A stretch of 64,000 nucleotides of DNA from positions 10,106,001 to 10,170,000 of the forward strand of contig CM102286.1 of NCBI GenBank assembly GCA_046563655.1, written 5' to 3'. The translations under genes were made by a program, and so were the position numbers. This document shows, piece after piece, positions 1-8,908 of this stretch; positions within the stretch are counted from its first letter, which is position 1, and every line of letters begins with the position of its first letter. Under the pieces are notes generated by a model. It had not been told where the DNA came from. It ran no database searches and saw nothing but the letters and a program-made list of their open reading frames with translations. The stretch comes from Yuukianura sp. NJ FZ-2021 (lineage: Eukaryota).

Positions 1-398
1 TATAGAATTAACTGCTAACTAAATAGTAAAGGGTTAACCCTTAAGGATTGACTCCTTAATTATGTCTACTGATCAAATCAGACTGACTAATTATGACTGT
101 CTCAGCTAACTGGCTGACCGATTAATACTGACTTAACTAAAGTGAATACAAGCTACTTTAAAGATAAGATGACGCACAAGCTCACAAGAGCGTGCGTCAT
201 TGACTTAGATATGTCTACGTGTATTCACGTGTTAGAACTATGTTACTGCCACGTAAGCTAGAATTATGAATCATGCACACCTGCTAAGTTTAGGTTACTG
301 CGACTTACTTATATTACGACTTAACTTACGTCTTACGGTTACGAGTCATCATGTGCGCAGAACATTGTGAGTGAGATGACCCTGTCACAACGCTCACA
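1..398 (-). mobile_element. Probable 3' LTR (runs off window edge) of the multi-envelope retroelement
   Basis: On the minus strand, purine tract GGTGAGGGGAGTA (411-399) directly precedes TGTGAGCG, the same junction style as the confirmed LTR at 11986. It lies downstream of the glycoprotein ORFs and an AT-rich 3' UTR. No partner LTR seen. Confidence 0.65.
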
Positions 399-901
399 TA
401 CTCCCCTCACCACGGTGAAATTCCTGTCAAGGAATTTGAATAGTTTTCGCAAAACTAGATAGTTACTCATTTTCGACATTTTGTATTTTTCTTTTTGATT
501 TTTTCTTAAATGATAAGAACATAATTTCTATCTTTCAAATAATTTTTTATATAGACTTAAATATTTATAAGCATCTATTTTCATATTCAAGATATTAATT
601 AAATGTTAGTTTACAACTATATAAATTGTATGCATACAAATAAGTAATATGTTTCTTCTATTTTTTTTTCATTTTATATTGTATTATTTATTATTTTTTT
701 CTTTGTATTTTTACTGAATGAAATGTAAATTAAAATATATACTTTTTTGTTTTGATTTTTTGAGTTTTTTTATATATTTTTTCTGTTTTCGTTAATTTTT
801 GTAAAATTTTTTAGTTTGGCTTTTAGTTATGAGGAAAAAATTATGCAATATTTTTCGCTAACTTATGCTATATCATTCATACTTGTATGGTTCTAGTATT
901 T

Positions 902-2002
902 TTACTCGGTAGGGTTGCACATATCAACCATCACTCCCAACAAGTTAACGTTTTTGTTTTTTGTTAGCAGTTCTAAGTTTGCCAATTCTTCAAATTCGGT
1001 ATTCAAAGGTGTATACTCAGAATGAGCATACAACTCTGGATCAGTTTTGTTTGTCGTTAGAATCATTTTCAAAAAGCCAATCTTTTTTCCACATGGAAAT
1101 GGTTGATAAGTTGTAACAATTGTTACTTCCAAATTTGGGCATCTTATCATATCTCTTGCGATCAAACATGATTGGTTATGGTAGTGATGTCTATTGCATG
1201 GAGGATCTGCTTCGTAGGATTTAAATCTGTCTCCCCAAACAATCACTGAATTCGTTAATTCGCAAAATTCCGTTTTTAAATCGCAAGGAGCAATAGTTGA
1301 TCTGTCTTTTACCTCAATGAGCTTGTTCTCATTGACCGTCAAATTGTGAATCTTAATATAATAGTTTGTAACATTATCGTAAATAGTTTTGGGCCAAGCA
1401 AACCAAGTATATGGGTATTTGGTGGTCCCAAAAAATGTATCACTAAGCCTAGCAAGTGGAATATTGGTGGGATCTTTGTAAGATGTTACTAGGTTTTGGC
1501 ATTCTTTTACTGTCATTGTCTGCCAAATTGACTGGTAATGATGATTTTTTGGTCCAAAGAAATAAAAAGTTCGATATTCGTAGATCTCAAGCTTAAGGCA
1601 TTCGAAAGCAATGTAGTTTTTGTGTAAGGGTATTGACGTTATGATGTCAGTCCCAATTACTGCTTGAAGACCCCTAACGTTATTACATTGGGGGTTGTCG
1701 TAGGTGTTTTTGTACAATGTACCAAGAGTCCAATGTGTTAATTGGTTCGAATTATTTAATGGATATTTATTTACGGATAGTCTTTCCATCTCGGCATCGA
1801 GAAGATCTTCGAGTAGTTCTCGGAATTTGTCTTTGGTTTCGGTTTTGTTGATAATTGAGACCAGTTGTTGATCGTTGATCGAAATGATCTCTGGTTTGGC
1901 ATACTGAAGAATGTAGATAGTAGTTAGAAGTAGGATGAGTTCCACGTAGTAAGTCATCGCTAATGATTTAGAGTATATTAGATTAATTATAATTTCTTTC
2001 AT
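902..2002 (-). CDS. Truncated envelope glycoprotein paralog 4 (fusion-domain portion, no C-terminal TM)
   Basis: 366-aa ORF with N-terminal hydrophobic segment. FECLKLEIYEYRTFYFFG, ECQNLV, FAWPKTIYDNVTNYY and CDLKTEFC..VIVW align by eye to the full-length env (WLCKATTTTETRSYFF, ECEKMV, YIWPTTQTKTVTNYF, CSYEEEFC..ILIW). Confidence 0.8.
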   Translation of the reverse strand: MKEIIINLIYSKSLAMTYYVELILLLTTIYILQYAKPEIISINDQQLVSIINKTETKDKFRELLEDLLDAEMERLSVNKYPLNNSNQLTHWTLGTLYKNTYDNPQCNNVRGLQAVIGTDIITSIPLHKNYIAFECLKLEIYEYRTFYFFGPKNHHYQSIWQTMTVKECQNLVTSYKDPTNIPLARLSDTFFGTTKYPYTWFAWPKTIYDNVTNYYIKIHNLTVNENKLIEVKDRSTIAPCDLKTEFCELTNSVIVWGDRFKSYEADPPCNRHHYHNQSCLIARDMIRCPNLEVTIVTTYQPFPCGKKIGFLKMILTTNKTDPELYAHSEYTPLNTEFEELANLELLTKNKNVNLLGVMVDMCNPTE

Positions 2003-2045
2003 ACAATGTTAACGTAATGATTAGATTAAAATATAGTAAGTTAAA

Positions 2046-3722
2046 TTATGGGTAGAGATTTTGAGTAAGTATTTTTACTCCGTAGAGTGTGTTGATGGTG
2101 TCTGCTGATAGTGTTGTTGAAGAAATAAGAGTTGATTCTTGAGTAGTTGAGACTGGAACTGATGATGATGTTGTTGAAGAGATAAGAGCTAACTCTTCTG
2201 GAACTGATGATGGTGTTGCAACTGTTGGAGTTATTTCAGTTGGCTCAGTTGTTTCAAATGTTATTGTTTCAACTGTTATTGTTTCAACTGTTGTTGTAAT
2301 GTTCTTAGTAGTCCAAGTATTGTTAGGGGTTGTTGCTATTGTAACTTCAGCTTGATCAAGAATTTCTGTTGAAGAAGAAGCTAACTCTTTGATGTCAGAA
2401 ATAGAAGGACGCTGAAATTCAAATCTGTGATGGCTTATATCCAAAGTTTGGAAGCCTTGGATTGGGTGGTAGTGAGTTGTGTAAATTTCTTGATGTGTGG
2501 GTGGTTCATAGATTGGCGTAGGTAATCTACTTCCGCGTCTGTGGGGGATTAGACCTTGGACATTCTGGTTTTTTCCAGACTTGTTGTTCTGGTACGGGAA
2601 TAGATTCCAAGGGTTAAGGGTCAGTTTTTCTGGTTTCCTTTTCTGACCTTGTAGAGGTGTGGACTTTCGATCTGTTGACGTCTTTACGTATTCCCAATCT
2701 TGTTCTATTTCTGGATCATCTTGGCTTCCTGATGTACTTTGTGCTACTTCGCATGACGAAATATGTAAAATTTTCAGGAAGGCTTGCTGTCCTATTTTCA
2801 CGGTGTCGTAAAGGTGACGAAATCTCATTTCAATTTGAAATTTTGTTTTTGTGTCAATAATATTGTCCTCTGTCGTTTCAATTTTTTCTGTTGTTTCTGC
2901 AATACATCTCACCGTGCCAAGTCTGGCTCCACATTTGTCTTTTTCCATCTCATAGTAGTCTGAAATGCTAAGGCCTAATTCTGGACAAATTAAGCTAGTT
3001 GGACTGATAAAACATTCAGAAGCTACTCTGCGTTTTAGAGTACAATTGGAAGTATGATCTCCGTAGATTCTCCAAAGTAAGATTCCCTTGTTTGTGTAAC
3101 ACACATTGGAATCGAATGGGCAGTCAGAATATAATTCTGGCAATTCGTGAGATCGAATAAATCCAGTATATTGGTCATAGAAAATTTCGACGTCAATTAC
3201 GTAGTAATTTACAATTCTGTATCCCCAAGCTTTTACAGATCTGAATTGCGTGTCATTTGTAATGAGTAAATTTTTCGTACGTTTGGTGGTTTCATTGATT
3301 TGAAACATTTGCCAGCCCTGTGGATCATGGGCAGTGTTAATCATATGAGAACATTGATGAATTTCAATGTCATCTGGGTTTGAAATGGTTTTTAATTGAA
3401 AAGGTTCCAAATAGTCTGCCGTGTGTTTGACTTCAGTAGTTTCTTTGATACAATAGAAGCCTTTGATCTTTCTTGTCGGATGTTGGGTACTCCACCAGGC
3501 GGCAGAAACTAATATCGAGTTTGAAACTTGGTAAGGACATGAATCTGGTATGGATTTCAGAACACCGAGAGTCCAGATTTTGGTGGGTTCTTCGATTCCT
3601 GTTTCTGAACTATCTGTAATTCGGGTCAATTTCTCTTTCTGGTGTTGTCTTGTGTCCATTGGCTTTGTTGTGCTGAAGTAGAAGCACAATAGGCATAGGA
3701 TAAAAGTTTTTCTTAGATTCAT
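2046..3722 (-). CDS. Truncated envelope glycoprotein paralog 3 with Thr/Ser-rich mucin-like tail
   Basis: 558-aa ORF with signal peptide. KIKGFYC, CPFDSNVC..ILLW and CPELGLSI match full env (SVKGWLC, CPEVTLSI). Partial central helix (MRFRHLYD..C), T/S-rich C-terminus, no TM. Confidence 0.8.
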   Translation of the reverse strand: MNLRKTFILCLLCFYFSTTKPMDTRQHQKEKLTRITDSSETGIEEPTKIWTLGVLKSIPDSCPYQVSNSILVSAAWWSTQHPTRKIKGFYCIKETTEVKHTADYLEPFQLKTISNPDDIEIHQCSHMINTAHDPQGWQMFQINETTKRTKNLLITNDTQFRSVKAWGYRIVNYYVIDVEIFYDQYTGFIRSHELPELYSDCPFDSNVCYTNKGILLWRIYGDHTSNCTLKRRVASECFISPTSLICPELGLSISDYYEMEKDKCGARLGTVRCIAETTEKIETTEDNIIDTKTKFQIEMRFRHLYDTVKIGQQAFLKILHISSCEVAQSTSGSQDDPEIEQDWEYVKTSTDRKSTPLQGQKRKPEKLTLNPWNLFPYQNNKSGKNQNVQGLIPHRRGSRLPTPIYEPPTHQEIYTTHYHPIQGFQTLDISHHRFEFQRPSISDIKELASSSTEILDQAEVTIATTPNNTWTTKNITTTVETITVETITFETTEPTEITPTVATPSSVPEELALISSTTSSSVPVSTTQESTLISSTTLSADTINTLYGVKILTQNLYP

Positions 3723-3734
3723 TTTTAGGCAGAT

Positions 3735-4700
3735 TTAGTTGGCACACGGTCCAATCTGGACAATTTTGACTGTTGTTCTTGGTTGAATGTACAATTGATG
3801 GTAAATTTTGGGAAATTCCAGATCGATTCGAAATTGTTGGTTTTCTTCCGCTGGTGTCAAGTTCGGTTGTGTTGTAATTTTCGCATAAGTATTGATGTGA
3901 TCAGTATTTGAGGTTAATGTTGGACCAGCGAAAATTCTTGAATTTGGACAGTAAATTAGTCTCGATTGGACATAACAATGATAATCGATACTTCTATTCT
4001 TCTGACACAAATTCTCTTGAAGGTAGGAATGATTTTCTGTCTTTAATTGAAGAAGTTGGTGTGTTGTAAGACTACAAGTGTGTTTACCAAAAGTTGTGTT
4101 TGGGAAGTTTCCGTTTCCAATACTTGTTGTTAGTTCTATTTCTTGAAAGTGAAAATCTAAAAACGTCTCTCTAATGGAATCCTTATTTGGTGATGTTGTC
4201 CCATATAATAGGCCTGAGTCTTTGAAATTTGATTCTCGGAGTTCTGGGTCTGTGAATGTTGTGAAGACTGGAAATTTTGAGTTGAACGTAGGAATAAACT
4301 TGGAATATTTTTCGCTCACTGAAGTTATTTTTAGTGTTCTGTTGAAGATGTCTTTGAAGGAGAGGGAGATCTTCTGACATTGTTCGAATGAACAGATCTC
4401 ATTTGGTTTTGCAGTTGAAACTACAATAGGTGTTCTACTATTGTTTGATCTTTCAATTGTTGTTATAGATGAAACACAGCTGAAATACTTCTCGAGGATT
4501 TTTAACTTCCCCAATGTTGTTAACTCTACTGTTGCTATTCTTGTATTTTCTAGTGAGATCGAAAGTGGTACTTGTAATTTTGTAAATTTACCAAGAATCC
4601 AAATAGGTTTCTTCTGTTGAGTTGTAGTAGCACGAATTGGTATTGAATTGAAAATTATTGTTATTGTAATTAAAGTATGTAACTTGAATTTTGTCTCCAT
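3735..4700 (-). CDS. Truncated, most divergent envelope glycoprotein paralog 2
   Basis: 321-aa ORF with signal peptide. IWILG (cf. IWTLG and HWTLG in the other short paralogs), FSC..EQCQKI and CYVQSRLIYCP share the cysteine spacing. No TM. Confidence 0.7.
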   Translation of the reverse strand: METKFKLHTLITITIIFNSIPIRATTTQQKKPIWILGKFTKLQVPLSISLENTRIATVELTTLGKLKILEKYFSCVSSITTIERSNNSRTPIVVSTAKPNEICSFEQCQKISLSFKDIFNRTLKITSVSEKYSKFIPTFNSKFPVFTTFTDPELRESNFKDSGLLYGTTSPNKDSIRETFLDFHFQEIELTTSIGNGNFPNTTFGKHTCSLTTHQLLQLKTENHSYLQENLCQKNRSIDYHCYVQSRLIYCPNSRIFAGPTLTSNTDHINTYAKITTQPNLTPAEENQQFRIDLEFPKIYHQLYIQPRTTVKIVQIGPCAN

Positions 4701-4799
4701 TCATACAATTTTTTGCTGTAGTATTGTTGTTTTGAAAGTTTTGATGCGCGAGTTGTAAGGAAGAAGTCGATTTGCGGAACTGGTTGGAGATTGTTATTG

Positions 4800-7675
4800 T
4801 TATGCTCTAGGATGTCCGACCCACAAGTAACCACCTACTGGGTCTGGATTTGGTTGGGTGACTGGATAATAAGCCTGTGGGCTGAAAATTTCTGATCTGG
4901 TGGGGTAAGTTAGTTGTACTTCCCCCAATGGTCTTGCTGAAGTTGGATATGTAGTTTGATAAGAAGTCATCAAATTTTCGGAATATTCTGGAGGCATTAG
5001 AGGAACTGGATTCTGTTCTGGGATTGGCTGAATTTCTAGCGTACCAACTTCTCTGATTCGTCTACGTGGAATTCTTCTAATTCGAGATGCTGTGTTGGAC
5101 ATTGCTCTTCCAATTGGATTTCTGTATTGTACCAAGATGACCAAAGATACCAATAGTTCCTCCAAAAACTGCTATGGTCACTATTAGACCCAAAATTTTG
5201 GCGACTGTTTGTTTGATTGGTTCTAAAGTCCAACTTTTTACCGTTTCTGCGATCTGATATTGAGGTTCTGACCATTTCTGGCCGTTCATTTTAGCTTTGA
5301 TGATGTTGTCAAAACTGAATGGCTGTCGTATTTGACGTAACATAGCTATTAATGAATCTGATGCTTCGCTGTTTCTTACTGAGATGGTTCCTGGACTGTT
5401 GAAGCTGATTTCAGAAATTGGTTGTAACGGTATTTTATTTGCGAAAGGTAACGGAAGTACAGGCATGTAGACTGCCGTAGTTGTTGCGTTACTGAGCAGC
5501 AGCATTTTTGTACCAATGTTAAAAAAGAAAGGAAGTTGGTCTTCACATTGAATGTAGTCTGGTTCCAATGAAATATGTTTCGACAGTGGCTGAAGATAAC
5601 CTTGCATTTTTTGATGTTGGTACATAAATGTGATTGGCATGTTCCGTGTACAATTGACTTCTTTTGCTTGTGGTGTAAAATGGTAAGAGTCGATCGTTTG
5701 ACATTTCGTTAGAGCAATAGCGTCTCCATTCAAAATTGACAAATATCTTTGGTCTCTTAGTAACAGTCTGGCTATTACATTTGGGTCTCGTTGTTCTGTG
5801 AGATACGTAGCAATACTCAAGATCGAGTTCATGTTTATGCAATTCTGATGAATCAGATTTTGAATTGCGTATGAAACATTTTCTTTGATCATTTGGTGAA
5901 GATATTGTAATTTTCCATTGATGTGTGATGCAATCATCAGCGTATCTTGAATTGGTCTTTGTTTTGTTCGCGGGATTTGCGCTGTAATTGTTCTTAAAAT
6001 ATCATCTTCGGTACCTTCTAACACAGCACGGCTGAGTACTTCAGCATCTGGGTTTTTGGATTCACGAATTTTCTCTTTTTGAATTCTTGGTGAAACTCGA
6101 TTTTTGTTCCAAACTCTTGAATTTCTTTGGAAAATTCGATCATGAAAAAACTCTTCTCTTTCTGTAATGGTTTTTGGCTGAATTGGTACAAATTTTCGCA
6201 TAGTTGGAGTTGTGGTTGGCTTTCGAGTTGTTGTAGTAGTAGTACTAGTCGTTGAAGTAATGTAAGGTTGAGTTGATGGACTCGAGGTTACAATTGGTTG
6301 TAAAGTTGTGACTTCTTCATGTTTTGTTAACCATTCTGATTCCAGTTCTTCATGATTTTCTTTGAATGTTTCATCAGATGATTCCATTGGTCCCGATTCG
6401 GAAAATTTTGGAATTTCCGGAATTTTTGGTTGCATTCTTAGAGGTAGATGCGTTTCGAATTTGTGATTCTCCATTGGAATCGCAATTTCAGATGGAATTC
6501 TTGTACTTGTAACAACAGGAATTGATTTTGTTGTAGTTTCAACATTGAGAATTGGTAGAGGCTTGGTTTTTATTTGAATGCTTGGTGATTTTGGTCCGGG
6601 TCCTATTCTTTCGGCGAAATCAATGAAGATTTCTGGTTCTAGTTTTTGTGGTGGTTTATTCGAATTTTTCAATGACGGAGCTCTTTTCCCTAGTCCTAAA
6701 CGTGTTTCCGAAATTATTGTGAAGTCATCTGATTGAATTAACTGCCGTTTTTGTCTTTCATATTTACTTGTAGTCCTAACTCTGGTGGCTCGTTCGAAAT
6801 CTGAAGTGCTTGAAATCGGAATTGGTAGTTGGTCAGAATCTGTTGGAGTGAACATGATTCCGCCAGTTCCTGTTCCCATGTATAAATCGCAATACATTAC
6901 TGAGTGGATGTTTGGGATACTTAGTGTGACTTCCGGACATGAGAGGTAATTTTCGTTTGAGAGTAGACATTCGGTAGTGTGTGCTTTCATTAGGCGGCAC
7001 GTTTTGAAAAGATGTCTCGACCAAATCAAGATCGACCCATCTACTCCTGGGCAAAATTCTTCTTCGTAGGAGCAAGTTGACATCAGTGGAACTGGGGCAA
7101 TTATGCTCGAGTCGATGTTACTAGCACTGATTGTAACAGCTGAATAGAAGTAGTTTGTTACCGTTTTTGTTTGAGTAGTTGGCCAAATGTATTCAATGTC
7201 AATTTGTTTCTTGGTACCCCAAATTCCTTCTGCCAAAGTAATCATGGGTGAGTCATCCAACGCTTTTCCTGTGTCTACCATTTTTTCACATTCGTGCTGT
7301 GAGACTGGTTCAGCAATTTCTGATGTATCTCTAGAATGGCTTCCCCAAAAAAAAATAGCTTCTTGTTTCTGTCGTTGTAGTTGCTTTACACAGCCAACCT
7401 TTTACTGAGTCAATGTTTGGTGCGTCCATCCAAATTGTGATTGGTACCATTCGGGTTGGAGTGAGTAGTTCTATGAGCTCACATCTTGGCGCTTCTGGTA
7501 TTTGAAAACGTAGTGAACCAACATTTGGATCGCAAAAATATAAAGTTGGTTCTTTTGGTGCCAATGATGAAAAGTAAACACGATGAAGTGCTTCATCTTG
7601 TGGAGCCGGAAGTGCGATAAATGTCTTCACATTGTTTAAGATTATCCACACCAGTGTTAAGTGAAGAAGCGACAT
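4800..7675 (-). CDS. env: Full-length class III fusogen-like envelope glycoprotein (gB/chuvirus G-like), about 957 aa after correcting two 1-nt frameshifts
   Basis: ATG at 7675 starts signal peptide MSLLHLTLVWIIL. Removing one base from the 9-nt run at 7347-7355 joins it to ORF 7281-5077. Contains furin-like RQKR, a Thr-rich insert, KLQY helix, DPNVIARLL..GDAIALTKC..CTRNMPITF (recalls gB NP.AIA..GDVMAVSTC..CYSRPLVSF) and a TM. A second shift near 5157 joins ORF 5165-4800 as the cytoplasmic tail. Confidence 0.8.
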
Positions 7676-8630
7676 CTTGGTCACTTGTGTCCGATTTATG
7701 GATCCGAATTTTCTCAAAAATAAGAGAAAAAAAAATATTTTTTCACAAATATCTGCAGTTTTGCCACTTAACAATAACACTGTTCTGTACAGTAAGTGAG
7801 TGTCCATAAGGTACTTTTCACTAATGACTTTTTTTTTCAGTTGTTTTGTGTTCAAATATTTAACTTGAAGTGATTTTCCGTTTTTAGTGAAGTGGTCTTC
7901 CATAAGCTTTCTAACTAAAGTTAACTAAGGGGTCCTGTTTCCTCCCCGGCCAGCTTTGGCTTGGGTAGGCGGGGTAACACCGTGCGCGAATGAAACGGGG
8001 TGATTCTTCACATCTTTAAAATACTTGGAAAAGTACCTTTGTTTAATGAAAACTGTTGGTAGTTCTCTCAAAACTACCAATAGCCGAGGCCCCCAAGCCT
8101 CTGCGGGTCTAACACCCGCTCACCCCTCGTGACCTCAAGCCTTTGACCCTCCCGGGCCCTTAAAGCATCTGAACTGATTATGAGATTTAAGAATAGGGGG
8201 GAGCCAAGCCTACCTGATCTACCAGTTTCTCCCTGACTAATCACCTTGACACCAGGTGGGGCCTGGTTCCACCAGCCCCACCATCGGTCCTAACTGCCCG
8301 AGTTATTATTTAAATGAAACAAGTCTAAACCTAGCTCCGTTAAACAATGGAAAGAGTAATTGTTTTATTTACCTCTTCAGCAACAGTTGGATTCTCGGCA
8401 GTTAGCGGACTCCAGCAAGAGCGAAGTTTAGACGCAACAACGGCGGAGAGTTGGATTTTCAGAGTTTATTTCCCAAAAGAGAGTATAGCGCAACCTAACC
8501 TTTTGAAAGTAGATCCCAGAGAGATTTAGGAGAAAAGCTAATTTGAAAATTACTTAATTTTAACAGAGTTCTCACTACTATTTATAACCTAGTCAGTAAC
8601 CTACTCTGTCCTCTAATTCTAATTACCCTT

Positions 8631-8908
8631 GCAACTTGTGTCCGCAATCGGACGTTAATGACCAGGATTTATAATCCTGTTTAGTCATTAATGTCCGATA
8701 TCAGACAAAGTTGCGAGTGTATGCAAATTGACATCTCGTCAATTTGAATTAAAATCACTCGCTTATGGCATGACTTTACATGTCCAACAAGTGTAAAACT
8801 TGTTAAACAAGTAGAATTGTCGCGTCGGCTTTCTCTGGCCTGTCAGATCAAAGATCATAACTCTTTGCAACTTTGTTGCAAAAGCGAGTTTTATCAATTT
8901 GCATACAC
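8631..8908. other. Cluster of long inverted repeats (structured non-coding region)
   Basis: gcaactt..atcggacgttaatgac..caggat pairs with atcctg..gtcattaatgtccgat..aagttgc (8631-8714). gtgtatgcaaattga (8717) pairs perfectly with tcaatttgcatacac (ends 8908). Confidence 0.75.

Noticed and set aside
7676..7903. N-terminal extension of ORF 7331-7903
   Set aside because: The signal peptide begins at the internal ATG 7675; the upstream part is low-complexity and probably untranslated.
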